A DNA stretch of 64,000 nt from an uncultured Poribacteria bacterium (lineage in GTDB: Bacteria > Poribacteria > WGA-4E > WGA-3G), in the NCBI GenBank assembly GCA_958296135.2, contig CATQHZ020000001.1:1344001-1408000 (forward strand), read 5' to 3'. Within the stretch, counting starts at the first letter, position 1; every line of letters starts with the position of its first letter. Positions 46,190 through 56,460 of this stretch are shown here, one piece after another. Both the position numbers and the translations under genes were made by a program. The notes beneath the pieces were generated by a model. The model searched no databases, was not told the origin of the DNA, and was given only the letters and a program-made list of their open reading frames with translations.

Positions 46190-47857
46190 TTACATTTTCG
46201 ATGAAAACATCGAAGAAGGCCGTTCTTGCACCACAGGAATGACGTAACTCCGGACCGTTACGCCATCCACCGTCTCCGTATCTATCCGTGGCTGTGGCTT
46301 CGGCCGGTGATCGAACACGATGTAGTATCCTTCCGCAGCCTTCTCCAATTTGAGGTAGGCGGCTAACTGCCGCATGCCGTTCTGATAAGACTTCTCCCCT
46401 TGCCAAATTTTCGTTTCCACGATATATTTCCGCTGCTTGTGGCTGATCAGGAGATCTATTCGTCCTCGGCCCGTTTGCACTTCGAGGTGCATTACCGCCT
46501 GCACCTGCCGCACAACTTGCTCAAGATAGGCGAAGAGCAGGTGCTGCCCAACGTATTCTTTCGGTGTTTCCGGTACCTGAAGTATCCTAAATCCAGCGCG
46601 GCTGATGAAATCGCGGAAATTATCAAGCAGCGGTGCCATAGCCAGTTCCCCCGCGGCGGTGAGATAATCACGACTCCCTGTACCGGTTTCTTCAGAGAAA
46701 TATTCCCGCTCAAGTCCGTTCACTGTCGGCTTGAACGTCCGGAGGATGCGGTAAAGATAAATCGGATTGGCAATCTCACACATGCCCTCCTTGCCTTCTG
46801 TGATGATACCGTAGGTTGCGAGTTCACTGATGACATCATCGTCCAGATTGAAGTTCCATCCCTCATCGTAGGACGCGATTTGCATCAGGACGGTTTGAAA
46901 GCGCGGGTTCCTGCGGATGTTGGCTCTCAGATGATGAATGTTGACATTCTGTTCACGAAGGATTTGCGTGTGTGCCTTTGCCCAATGCGCCAGAGTAATT
47001 GTTTCGGTTTCCGGGATGTTCATCTCTTCGGCGAGAATACGCGCGAGCCGGTTGACTAGAAAAGGCTGCCCCGCTGTCTGCCGATGCAGTGCCGCAACAA
47101 CCTCAGGTTCAAATGTCTGTCCGACTTCGGCCGTATACTGTCCAAGCAGCTCCTGCACCTGGTTGAAAGTGAAGTTGGGCAAGTGGAACTCGTCTTGGAT
47201 ATTGAACGGGGAGACAGACCTGTCGTAATTCAGTTGCGTGATGTTCTTCACGCCGACAATTCCGACGCTATGGAGGCATCGGAATTTTTCATCGTCCTCA
47301 TGATAGATGCGCCGGAGCGTGTGAAGGAACCCCCGGACTGCCGCTTGCGGAAGGTTATCAAATTCATCAATGATAAGGACAACCCGCGGATGGTTAAGCA
47401 ACCGCGCGAATTCCTCAAAGAACTTTCGCAGTGAGATATTGTTGGTTATCTTTCCTCCCTGCCGGGCTAAAAGTCGGCTTAAAGCCTCAGGGGGTACTTC
47501 ACCCCGTTTGCGGAAAACTCTCTCAATTTGCTTGAGAACATCTTCGTGGACAGATTCGTAAAATTCGTTGGGCGGAATGTCCACATATTCCTCAAAATTC
47601 AGTTCGATAGGGAAATAGTCGGGGGCATCGGCGGCGAGCACCTGCAAGGCGCGGCGAAAGAAAGTCGTCTTTCCTGTCTGCCGCGGCGCGAAAATCACGA
47701 GGTAGCGGCCCTCTGTGACGCGGCTGAGGAAGTCGGCGAGTTCAGCCGTGCGCGGCACAACGTAGTGCTTCTCCGGTGTTACAGGGCCTCGGGTGCCAAA
47801 CGTTTTCCTTTTTTTGGTCGTTCGCAATGCGTTTGATAAGGGCTCTTGTGCAAACAT
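46190..47857 (-). CDS. AAA-like ATPase + PD-(D/E)XK nuclease-like protein (paralog of 18938-20623)
   Basis: ATG 47857; 'APRQTGKTT', 'LIIDEFD', 'GRIDLLI...YIVETK'. Confidence 0.82.
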   Translation of the reverse strand: MFAQEPLSNALRTTKKRKTFGTRGPVTPEKHYVVPRTAELADFLSRVTEGRYLVIFAPRQTGKTTFFRRALQVLAADAPDYFPIELNFEEYVDIPPNEFYESVHEDVLKQIERVFRKRGEVPPEALSRLLARQGGKITNNISLRKFFEEFARLLNHPRVVLIIDEFDNLPQAAVRGFLHTLRRIYHEDDEKFRCLHSVGIVGVKNITQLNYDRSVSPFNIQDEFHLPNFTFNQVQELLGQYTAEVGQTFEPEVVAALHRQTAGQPFLVNRLARILAEEMNIPETETITLAHWAKAHTQILREQNVNIHHLRANIRRNPRFQTVLMQIASYDEGWNFNLDDDVISELATYGIITEGKEGMCEIANPIYLYRILRTFKPTVNGLEREYFSEETGTGSRDYLTAAGELAMAPLLDNFRDFISRAGFRILQVPETPKEYVGQHLLFAYLEQVVRQVQAVMHLEVQTGRGRIDLLISHKQRKYIVETKIWQGEKSYQNGMRQLAAYLKLEKAAEGYYIVFDHRPKPQPRIDTETVDGVTVRSYVIPVVQERPSSMFSSKM

Positions 47858-47895
47858 GTCTTTCTCCGAATATCTATCATTGTTGCTGTCAATGC

Positions 47896-49023
47896 CTACA
47901 TTTTCGATGGACTTACGGTTGTAGGCTCTGTTTTCCGCTCGCGACAAAACTGATGCCACGGTATTGGCTTTCCGATGAGTGCGGCGAGTTCATGGACATT
48001 GTCTCGGTAATAGTCAACTAAACGCCGCCGTGTGGCCTCTGATATGGTGACTTTCTCAGCGTGACGCGTGTTCAGGCGGAGATAGAGCGGCTCAATGGCT
48101 CTTCTGACGGCGCGTAACGGATTATGAATTATCGGTTTGTTATGCGTCCACTGTCGGAGTTGAAACCGAAAGTTCCGATATGTCCGATGCAACTCCGAAT
48201 TTTTCATCGTTTCCGTGCGGTTTGTCACCTGAAAGGTGTAATCGTTGTAAAAATCGGCATCGATGCCTGCGAATTCGCAGAGGTGTGCCAGAACGGTTCC
48301 CGGGTCTTCAGCGATGTCTTCGTAGAAGAGAACGTGGATGCGCGCCGCACCGAATCTCTCAAAATAGGGCCTCAAATAGAGAGTATAACATCCCTGCTGA
48401 AGTGTTTGCAAATGTTGTTCCGCCACGGCGGAAACTCCATCAGGAACATAGGCCGAGGCCGTGTGCTTGGTGTTGAGAGCGCGCGGGGGACAGGCACCCG
48501 CGCTCCCGTGGGGCGAGGGCCTGTCCCCCGCTATGCCTCGGTTGTGAATTTCCTTGAAAAGCATATTGACGTACCCATCAAAACTGAGGGATTGCGGCAG
48601 CGTGCCGTTTTGCTTGGCGAACCGATACCACGAGATGAGACGTGAAATGGGTTCGCGGAGGCTGAAGACGAGTTTAGCCTGCGGCAGAAATTCTGCGATT
48701 CTCTCACGCGCGCTTGGGCAGTAAAGATAGTCCGGTGTTGATTCAAGCCGTGTACGCGGATCCAATTCGTTAGGCCCGGCCTGTTTATAGAGCAGATTGT
48801 ATTCCTCCGCGTCCCCGCTGTATCGGTATTTTGAGGGGAGCGGATAGGTATCGTCAAGAAAAAACCGGGTCTCCTTGTAAGTCGCGGCGCAAATTGCCGG
48901 ATGAGCGGCGAGGTAGGCGAACAGCGATGTCGTTGCCGCCTTGGTTGTCCCGCCGACAATTAGATAGGAGTAATCGCGAACTGTTTTGTGGTTACTAGCG
49001 GTTGTGCTGCTTTTTCTGTGCAT
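47896..49023 (-). CDS. Sulfotransferase with heparan-sulfate-sulfotransferase-like PAPS motifs
   Basis: 'IVGGTTKAATTSL..YL..HP', 'KETRFF', 'ESTPDY', 'LREPISRLIS'. Confidence 0.88.
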   Translation of the reverse strand: MHRKSSTTASNHKTVRDYSYLIVGGTTKAATTSLFAYLAAHPAICAATYKETRFFLDDTYPLPSKYRYSGDAEEYNLLYKQAGPNELDPRTRLESTPDYLYCPSARERIAEFLPQAKLVFSLREPISRLISWYRFAKQNGTLPQSLSFDGYVNMLFKEIHNRGIAGDRPSPHGSAGACPPRALNTKHTASAYVPDGVSAVAEQHLQTLQQGCYTLYLRPYFERFGAARIHVLFYEDIAEDPGTVLAHLCEFAGIDADFYNDYTFQVTNRTETMKNSELHRTYRNFRFQLRQWTHNKPIIHNPLRAVRRAIEPLYLRLNTRHAEKVTISEATRRRLVDYYRDNVHELAALIGKPIPWHQFCRERKTEPTTVSPSKM

Positions 49024-49073
49024 AAGAGGCTTCCTTAGCAGACGGTATTGACGTTGTCAATGCTTGCATGGCG

Positions 49074-49122
49074 GGGGAAACCCTCGGCGATTCGCGTTCG
49101 CCGGGTTTTCCCTCGCCCTACG
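49074..49122. repeat. ~50-bp palindromic element, near-identical copy at 51651-51699
   Basis: GGGGAAACCCTCGGCGATTCGCGTTCGCCGGGTTTTCCCTCGCCCTACGG; ends in CTAC like the other REP families. Confidence 0.85.
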
Positions 49123-49137
49123 GATAGAGGCGCGTTA

Positions 49138-50514
49138 CTACATCCAAGAAATTCCTGTTTTTCGGAGCAGATACGTGAGGTTTACGACAGCGAGAATCGC
49201 GCTGATTGAAACCGCTAACGCGATACCGAGTACCCACCAGGATGTCGCCACGCAGGCGTATGCTACGCTAATGTTTAGCACTGCCATAGTTACCATGTTT
49301 CTAAACACTAGCCCGTATGCTTTCTGTGCGTAGAGTCCCGCGTTCAACATCGGAATCAGGCAGGAAAATATCATGCCTGCGCTGAGCCAAAAGAGCAAAT
49401 CGGCTATCAGTTGCATCGCGGCGTGGCTGAGGGAACTCTGTCCATATAACCCCTTGATGATTTGTTCATGCGCGATGAGCATGCCGAGGGTGACAGGGAA
49501 CGCGATGAGGACAGCGGCGCGCGCGTTTTTTTGTAGTGGCGCGCGCGTTCGGTTCTGTTTGTCTTGGCGGCTTGACTTCTCCTGCGTCTCCGCTGATGCG
49601 GGGTGTTCCTTTTCGGCGTGGTGTGTTGCCATATTGGGCAAGGCTGTGGTTGCGAGGCTGATGCCGATAAGCGTCTGTATCGCCGAGAAAATTCGGAACG
49701 CGCTGTTGTAAAGCGTGATTAAACCTGCTCCGAATTGCCCTATCAGATACACTTCAACGAAGAGGCGTGTTGACAGTTGCCGGATGGCAAAACCGAGCGT
49801 TGGCAGCGTCAATGCGCTTTTTAATGCGTGCAGTGTCTCGCGTCCGGGGCGAGTCAACTCATAGCGGTGCCCCGTCCGGAGCGTTTCAATGCATAGCCAC
49901 ACAAAGTATCCTCCAGCTCCGATAGTATACGCTACCGCTATCCACCGTGCAAGGAGTGGTGTTTCCCATAATAGGAAGAAAGCCCCGGCGGCGAGAGCGG
50001 GCGGCAGCGCGTTTCGGAGTGCTACCGTCTTGAACCGCCGCTGGCTGTTCAGAAACGCGCCTGTCGCGGTGCTCCCACATCCGAAGAGAACGAGGGGCGC
50101 GCCCAAGCGCAGCAACGTCGCCATTTCAGCACGTGCGGCGAGGGAGTGTTGTGGGAGCAACCCGTTCGCAATCCAAGGCGCACTCCCCGCAATCAGCATC
50201 GCGAGTATCGCGCCGAGACAGAGGGAAACGATTAAGATACCGTTCGTGAAACGTCGATACGCCGCCGAGCTCATCACCGTTTCTTGTGTAACGAAAAGTG
50301 GGACGAGGCTAAATTTGGCACCTTCTCGGAAGACGGTATCGACGAGCAGCACGCTTTTTAAGGTGGCGACCAGGGTGTCCGCGTTCTCACTCACGCCGAA
50401 CCGCGTCGGAATCAGTTTGAAATGGACGAGGAGGCTGAATCCCATGCCCCCCAACGTAATCGCCATTACCCAGGGAGTCGGGGAGTGCAGCAGTTTCTGC
50501 ACCAGAGTTTTCAT
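49138..50514 (-). CDS. MurJ/MviN-like (MOP superfamily) flippase
   Basis: About 12 TM helices; 'FGVS..AD', 'LNSQRRF', 'SLATTALP'. Confidence 0.75.
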   Translation of the reverse strand: MKTLVQKLLHSPTPWVMAITLGGMGFSLLVHFKLIPTRFGVSENADTLVATLKSVLLVDTVFREGAKFSLVPLFVTQETVMSSAAYRRFTNGILIVSLCLGAILAMLIAGSAPWIANGLLPQHSLAARAEMATLLRLGAPLVLFGCGSTATGAFLNSQRRFKTVALRNALPPALAAGAFFLLWETPLLARWIAVAYTIGAGGYFVWLCIETLRTGHRYELTRPGRETLHALKSALTLPTLGFAIRQLSTRLFVEVYLIGQFGAGLITLYNSAFRIFSAIQTLIGISLATTALPNMATHHAEKEHPASAETQEKSSRQDKQNRTRAPLQKNARAAVLIAFPVTLGMLIAHEQIIKGLYGQSSLSHAAMQLIADLLFWLSAGMIFSCLIPMLNAGLYAQKAYGLVFRNMVTMAVLNISVAYACVATSWWVLGIALAVSISAILAVVNLTYLLRKTGISWM

Positions 50515-50589
50515 AAAAAACGGTTCTGTCCCTCGCGCGCTTTCGACTGAGATGAAGAACTGCGCGGCGGAGTCACGGCGAGGGTTTGA

Positions 50590-51615
50590 TTACTTCCACC
50601 CTTCCGGCAGATTTTTACGAATCTCAATATCCGCGTATCCCGTTGCCGGGCGCGCGCCGATGGATTTCGCCCATGCCGCCATCCGCTTTAAGCCCTCCTC
50701 CAGAGATACGGTGGAAGGTATCCCGAAGACTTTCTGGAATTTCTCGTGGGAGCAGTAGGCGTGTTTTACCTCTTCCCGCGCCTGAACGCGGATGACTGGC
50801 ACCTCTTTTCCCATTGCCTGCATGACGAGTTCCGCTAATTCGTTAACGGTGGCAGGCGTATCGGAACCGACGTTGAATGTCTCGCACGCGGCTTCCTGTA
50901 TCTCCGCAGCGCGAGCGATATGCGGCGCGACATCGGCGATGTGTGTATAGGCGCGCGTCTGCTCGCCATCCCCGAAAATACGCAACGGTTCACCCTTCAT
51001 GATGTTATTCATGAAGATGCCGATGACATTCCGATACTTGTCGCTGATGTTCTGTCCTTCGCCGTAGACGTTGTGCGGACGAAAGATGGTATAATCCAAG
51101 CCAAAGACATGTTTAGAGACAGCGAGTTCCTGCTCCACAGCGTATTTGGCGATGCCGTAGGAATCTTCGGGCATCGGTATCAGGTTTTCGTGCATCGGCA
51201 GCTGGTTCGTGCCATACACGGCGATGGACGAACTGAACACGAAGTGCTTAACGTTGTAATTCACGGCGGCGTTTATCAGATTCACGCTCCCGATGAGGTT
51301 GTTCTGATAATTAAACCGCTTGATGAAGTGGCTCAGCCCCTCGGCGGCGTAGGCTGCGAGGTGGTAGATGTAGTCAAATTGATGCTGCTCGCACAGTCGG
51401 TTCACCAACGATGCATCGAGGATGCTGCCATCAACGAACGTCGCTGCACTGTTGGTGTTTTCGCGAAAGCCGCCGCTCAGGTCATCGAGAATGACGACGC
51501 GTTGGTTTTCGTCGCGAAGGAGTTCATTGACGACGTGGGCTCCGAGGAAGCCCGCGCCGCCGGTTACTAGTGAGGTTTTTGTAGTTCCTAGCGGTTGTTT
51601 GACATTGTCTGGCAA
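50590..51615 (-). CDS. NAD-dependent nucleotide-sugar epimerase/dehydratase
   Basis: 'LVTGGAGFLG', 'HLAAYAAEGLSH', 'YGIAK', 'RPHNVYG'. Confidence 0.92.
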   Translation of the reverse strand: MPDNVKQPLGTTKTSLVTGGAGFLGAHVVNELLRDENQRVVILDDLSGGFRENTNSAATFVDGSILDASLVNRLCEQHQFDYIYHLAAYAAEGLSHFIKRFNYQNNLIGSVNLINAAVNYNVKHFVFSSSIAVYGTNQLPMHENLIPMPEDSYGIAKYAVEQELAVSKHVFGLDYTIFRPHNVYGEGQNISDKYRNVIGIFMNNIMKGEPLRIFGDGEQTRAYTHIADVAPHIARAAEIQEAACETFNVGSDTPATVNELAELVMQAMGKEVPVIRVQAREEVKHAYCSHEKFQKVFGIPSTVSLEEGLKRMAAWAKSIGARPATGYADIEIRKNLPEGWK

Positions 51616-51693
51616 AATAGCTCTCCTATAAACATTTCTGTGCGTGGTAAGGGGAACCCTCGGCGATTCGCGTTCGCCGGGTTTTCCCTCGCC

Positions 51694-53925
51694 CTACGGA
51701 TTGAGGTTGGTGGTATGGATAATCCAAACGAGATCCAAGATATTCACCGTGCCATCGCCGTTCACATCGGCGCGTGCCTCGGTAGGCGGCGTTTCGCCGA
51801 AGTGCTTGACGACACTCGCGAAGTCTAAGATATTCACCTGCCCATCGTCATTCACATCGCCGGGGATCGCGTCTGGCTCCGCTTCCACTACGCGCAAGAC
51901 TTGATTTACCTGCACATCGTGTAGTTTTTGCACAATCCCACTTGGCCAGTGGATGACAAGTTCGCTGACTTTTTCATTCTGTGCAAGTCCGAAGTGGATC
52001 CGCTTCTGGTCTTGCTGGGCCCAGTGGATACCGCCGCCGTTTTCGCGCAACTGCGTTTTGCCATCGGGTGTCGTCGCGAAAATCCGTGCGCCGATGCCAT
52101 CGCGATTTGATACGGTGCCTTCCAAATCGATTTGCAACCAGTTGTTCCCTGTGCCGATGTTGCGGAAGAGCTGATCTGGGCCTTCATTAAACGGCCAGGC
52201 TCCCCTGCCGTTGGTGACGAACAGATCGAGGTAGCCATCTCTATCGTAGTCTGCCATCGTCACGCTTTGTCCTTTGCCGTTCGGACTTCCTTCTGCGCCG
52301 CCTGCGCCAAATACCTGAGCGAAAGTGCCGTTGCCCTGATTTTCGTACAGGTGATTGGGGAGATTGCCTGCACTGCTTGAACGGACGACGTAGATGTCTA
52401 CGTCCATATCATTATCAAAATCGCCTGCGGTGACGGAGCGGCCGTCAAGAAAAGTAGACGCGGATTGAAAACGGTTCTTTGCGTTGACTAAAAGGGTGGA
52501 TTGTGGGCTCGGGAGCAGATCCGCGGGAGAGAAGTTAATAGGTTCCACTTCTTCTATTTGCGTCGCAGAAGCAATAAATGCCTCCAATCCTGTCCAATTT
52601 GTCTGGATTGAGGGCATCGTGTGGTAGAGCACCGTCCATGTCCGTGCTTCCGGTCCGTATCCGACATACATCCCGTAAAGTTCGCCTTCAGTGAGCGGTG
52701 CGACCCCTGCAACACTCGGGTCATTGGGCGATAGCGTCAATGTGAAAGAGGAGACATTTCGGAGCGGATCGGTTTTTTCGTATGTCGCAATGCGTTCGTT
52801 TGAGTTTTCTGGTGAAAACACGGATAACTTGCTGGGGCCGTTATCGGTGTTGTCGATGACTACGTTGCCGAGGGCTGTCAAATGGTTTCCGGCTGCACCG
52901 ATTTTCAAGTGCTGTAACCGTGTAGCCCACACGGAATATATTTCAAAACGGACATTCCCAGTTGTCTTAAACCGAACTCCTTTTTCTCCCATGTTAGTCT
53001 GGATGTTCAGCCTTATCTGTTGCGGGTTTTGCGTGTCAATATATGAGCGGTAAACGCCGCGGGCGAGGAAGGCATCCGGGGCCAAGTCCCCGTTGAAATC
53101 GGCGAGGGCTACATCTTGCACATTGTAGCGTTTGGGAATGTTTAAAGCCGGCAGGAAGTTCCTAAACGGCGCAGTCGCAATGTCATACACGACTGCCGGA
53201 TAAGGATTACCGTTAACGATGAGGTTCATCACGCCATCGCCGGTGATGTCCGAAAGTTGTGCTAATGAGGCATCCTTTTCAATGTTGAAACCGGCAGCAC
53301 TATTGGCAATTTCAAAGCCGTGCGCCGTTTGTGTAAAAAGTGATGGCGTTACCTTGCCACCGCTTCTATCTGGGCGGACCCTTCCCGTGAGAACCAAGTC
53401 CAAGCGGCCATCTCGATTCCAATCCAGCCAGAGTGGGGCTCTACCGCGCAGCAGCGGGAAATCGATGCCGAATTCAGCAGCCCTTTCACTGAGCACGGTG
53501 CCGTTTTCATTAACGTAGAAGTGGTTGTCGTGCTTCGGATTTGATGGGTTGGTTCCGCCGCCACCTCCGGATAAGACAATCAAATCCTGGTCTCCATCGT
53601 TATCGAAGTCTGCCCAGGCCACGCCGTGTGTATCGGCATGTGGGTTTGCATCCCACACCTCGTCGATGATGTCGGTAAAGGTGCCGTCACCGTTGTTGCG
53701 ATAGAGACTCGGTTTATGCTTGTGGTTGGTGGCCCACAGGTCGAGATACCCGTCGCCATTGAAGTCTCCCCACGCGTTGCCCCAACTTTCACCGATACGC
53801 GTAATGCCTGCGTGCTGGGACACTTCCTCAAATTGGATGTCACTCCACGCGGAAGGCAGTAAGAGGGAGTTTCCGGCTGCGGTGCCGAATAGGCTAAAAA
53901 TTAAAAGAAATGTTAATCGGTGCAT
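51694..53925 (-). CDS. Secreted FG-GAP repeat / ASPIC-UnbV (CRTAC1-like) protein with dockerin-like tail
   Basis: Repeated 'DFNGDGYLDL' and 'DFDNDGDQDL'; 'HFGL...IHWPSG'; 'GDVNDDGQVNILD'. Confidence 0.87.
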   Translation of the reverse strand: MHRLTFLLIFSLFGTAAGNSLLLPSAWSDIQFEEVSQHAGITRIGESWGNAWGDFNGDGYLDLWATNHKHKPSLYRNNGDGTFTDIIDEVWDANPHADTHGVAWADFDNDGDQDLIVLSGGGGGTNPSNPKHDNHFYVNENGTVLSERAAEFGIDFPLLRGRAPLWLDWNRDGRLDLVLTGRVRPDRSGGKVTPSLFTQTAHGFEIANSAAGFNIEKDASLAQLSDITGDGVMNLIVNGNPYPAVVYDIATAPFRNFLPALNIPKRYNVQDVALADFNGDLAPDAFLARGVYRSYIDTQNPQQIRLNIQTNMGEKGVRFKTTGNVRFEIYSVWATRLQHLKIGAAGNHLTALGNVVIDNTDNGPSKLSVFSPENSNERIATYEKTDPLRNVSSFTLTLSPNDPSVAGVAPLTEGELYGMYVGYGPEARTWTVLYHTMPSIQTNWTGLEAFIASATQIEEVEPINFSPADLLPSPQSTLLVNAKNRFQSASTFLDGRSVTAGDFDNDMDVDIYVVRSSSAGNLPNHLYENQGNGTFAQVFGAGGAEGSPNGKGQSVTMADYDRDGYLDLFVTNGRGAWPFNEGPDQLFRNIGTGNNWLQIDLEGTVSNRDGIGARIFATTPDGKTQLRENGGGIHWAQQDQKRIHFGLAQNEKVSELVIHWPSGIVQKLHDVQVNQVLRVVEAEPDAIPGDVNDDGQVNILDFASVVKHFGETPPTEARADVNGDGTVNILDLVWIIHTTNLNP

Positions 53926-53942
53926 TTTTCCTAAGTGCCGTG

Positions 53943-55196
53943 CTACAAAAACTTCTGATAGACACTCATAATGTTTTCGTAATGAATGTCTGCGTTAAAC
54001 TGAGTTTCCATTTTGTGGCGGCCGATGCGCCCCATCTCTGCTGCCTCGGTTTTGTGTTCATACATCCAGAGCAGTTTCTCGCGCAAGGCTTCTGTCCCAC
54101 CGGAGGGAACGAGGAAGCCGTCTACGCCATCGGCGATGAGCTCCGGAATGCCGCCGATGTCTGCACCGATGACCGGTTTTCCATACGCATAAGACTCTAA
54201 AACGGACATCGGGCAGTTTTCGTACCATTCCGATGGCAACAGCGTGCAGATACTCCCCGCAATCAGTTCGCGGAGTTCGTCACCCTGTTTGAAGCCGACG
54301 AGGCGGATGTGTTCGCAGTTATCCTGTTCCACTCTCCGCCGGACCTCGGGCATCGCCTCACCGTCGCCGACGATGATGAGCGGTACCTGTTTCAGTGGTG
54401 CGGCTGCCTCAATCAAGGTGAAGATGCCCTTGCTCTGATGCACTCGCCCGAAATAGAGCAGATAGGCTCCTTCGGCGAAATTTGGCGTGAAGTCCGACAC
54501 GTCCACGAAGTTGTGAACCGTTGAGATTTTCGCTTCAGGGATGCCGTGTTCGATCATCTTTTTCCGTAGGAAATGTGAGACGGAGATAAAATGATCGAAT
54601 TTATCAACAGCTCCCAGCATCCGCGAGACATAAGATTCGGTGACACTCAGCGCGGTGCGGGCAAGTGAGCCCCGGTTGCACCGCTTCGGGAGCGCGCGCC
54701 AAAAATGTTTGCCTTCACACGCCTCGCAAATCTCATCGTTCGACAGATGGCTATAGACGGGGCACGTCAGTTTATACTCGTGCAACGTCTGGATCAGCGG
54801 GATGCCTGCTTGTTTCAGCACTCCCAAAATAGAGGCAGTCAGTTTGCCATAGTAAATGTGGAAGTGCGCGATGTCTACAGATTTTGGCTCCGAGGTATCT
54901 ATGTCACGCAATAACCGTCGCATTGACTTTACCGCGTCGCGTGAGTATAGAAACCGCCATAAGTCGATTGCGCTTGGGTGCTCAAAATCGGCACCACGTG
55001 GAAAATAGCGTTCCCATTCTGGCAGCGGATTCTGCCGCGATGGCAGAATCGGTTCGTTCTTCGGGCTCGCCGCCGTGAACGGTATCACACGGTGCCCCTG
55101 TTTTTGCAACACCTCACCCATTGTGAAAAAATACCGGTCGGAACCGCCGCGGATGTAATGGTTTTGTGAGATGTTCAGAATAGTGAGCTGTTTCAT
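53943..55196 (-). CDS. Glycosyltransferase family 4
   Basis: 'TLHEYKLTCP', 'YFGRV...KG', 'WYENCPMSVLES'. Confidence 0.9.
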   Translation of the reverse strand: MKQLTILNISQNHYIRGGSDRYFFTMGEVLQKQGHRVIPFTAASPKNEPILPSRQNPLPEWERYFPRGADFEHPSAIDLWRFLYSRDAVKSMRRLLRDIDTSEPKSVDIAHFHIYYGKLTASILGVLKQAGIPLIQTLHEYKLTCPVYSHLSNDEICEACEGKHFWRALPKRCNRGSLARTALSVTESYVSRMLGAVDKFDHFISVSHFLRKKMIEHGIPEAKISTVHNFVDVSDFTPNFAEGAYLLYFGRVHQSKGIFTLIEAAAPLKQVPLIIVGDGEAMPEVRRRVEQDNCEHIRLVGFKQGDELRELIAGSICTLLPSEWYENCPMSVLESYAYGKPVIGADIGGIPELIADGVDGFLVPSGGTEALREKLLWMYEHKTEAAEMGRIGRHKMETQFNADIHYENIMSVYQKFL

Positions 55197-55333
55197 AATC
55201 TTTCACCTCATTTTCACCCGGTTTTGCATAGCGAGGGACAGTGGACATCACTGCAGCGAGGCTGCAGTGATGCCAGTGTTATGCGATGCCATGGTCACGT
55301 CTATCAAGCCAGTCGCTCTGCCTCGTCAGGATG

Positions 55334-56257
55334 TTAACGGCGCGGGCCTGCGTCCGCGATGGGTGCATCCGCAATCGGCTGGTAGGTAACCGTGCCTACC
55401 TGTTTATGCAGCAGTTCCGGATCGGCGGCATCGATTATCGCAGTGTCGATTGACTCTGCATCGAGTGTGCCCCACCAGTTTTCGGGTGCATACAGATCGA
55501 ATTTTACCCACAACTTGAGGGCGCGGATGTTGCTGCTCAGGTTATTGTATTGGATAATCGATTGGACATTTTCGCAGTGAATGCCTATCTCGTTTCGGAT
55601 GATGTTGTTTCGCTCAATTTTCGGGCGCGTTTGCCGCCCGATAGTGCGGATTCCGGTGTTGTTATCCACGAGTTCGTTGTGCTGGACAATCGCGTTGCTT
55701 CCATCTAAAGCGATTGCGATGTCGTTCAGGCGGAACGTGCAATCTGCGATAGTCGGCGATGTCGTCTTGATATCCAAGGCGACGGTTGCGTATTCAATGT
55801 GCGCGCCTCTGATGTAACTGTCGAGCCCGTGCGTGTGATCGAAGAGGATGCCGTTCCAATCGCCGCGTTGCGGGCCAGGGATGTCCGAGGTGAGTTTCAC
55901 CGGTTTGACTGCCCCGGCTTGTTCTGCTTCAACTCCGATTTTCAGCATGCCTCTCACCTTCACGAGTGCGTCGCGTCCGAATCTCACGGTAGTCTCCGGC
56001 GGGATGCGTAAGGTGATGTCCGGCGGAATCTCTAATTCGCCGTGCACGGTGTAGGTTTTCTCCGCATCCCAAGTTTCATCTGCTGTGAGGATGTGGTCGC
56101 GGAGGACGATGCTCGCTGTTTCTTCCGGCGTGATAGTGATGGGAGTTGGTTCGTCACAGCCGTTCACCGCAAGGATTAGGATGATGATGCCTAACATGGA
56201 GCTGAAGGCACGCGAGGGACAGGCCCTCGCACTACGCGCATAAATGTGAGTTTTCAT
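55334..56257 (-). CDS. Right-handed beta-helix (NosD/pectin-lyase-like) lipoprotein
   Basis: ATG 56257; lipobox 'VNGC'; Asn-ladder repeats; 'ENWWG'. Confidence 0.75.
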   Translation of the reverse strand: MKTHIYARSARACPSRAFSSMLGIIILILAVNGCDEPTPITITPEETASIVLRDHILTADETWDAEKTYTVHGELEIPPDITLRIPPETTVRFGRDALVKVRGMLKIGVEAEQAGAVKPVKLTSDIPGPQRGDWNGILFDHTHGLDSYIRGAHIEYATVALDIKTTSPTIADCTFRLNDIAIALDGSNAIVQHNELVDNNTGIRTIGRQTRPKIERNNIIRNEIGIHCENVQSIIQYNNLSSNIRALKLWVKFDLYAPENWWGTLDAESIDTAIIDAADPELLHKQVGTVTYQPIADAPIADAGPRR

Positions 56258-56346
56258 AACATAGCGTTTGTTGCATTCCCTTTCCATTTTCATCAAAATT
56301 TTTCGTATTGGCGTTGTCAAGATTTATACCACATGGGTTTGAATAG

Positions 56347-56424
56347 AGTCTATCGTGTTTTCGCAATTTTGTCAAGTTTTTTTGGAAATCACACGTTGCG
56401 TTAACCGCTGCAATGTGGTATCAT
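56347..56424. promoter_or_regulatory. Divergent sigma70-type promoters
   Basis: Minus strand TTGACA-17-TAGACT (56375-56347); plus strand TTGCGT-17-TATCAT (56396-56424). Confidence 0.55.
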
Positions 56425-56460
56425 AGTGTCAAACGATAAAATTATGAAGGGAATGTTAAG

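Noticed and set aside
46181-47909. 23-bp imperfect direct repeats flanking the AAA-nuclease gene as a target-site duplication
   Set aside because: Both are 5' ends of the dispersed junction element (also at about 14820-14840), so a TSD cannot be claimed.
49889-50758. 289-aa plus-strand ORF and other long antisense ORFs
   Set aside because: They are shadows of well-supported genes on the opposite strand, expected at this GC content, with no recognisable motifs.
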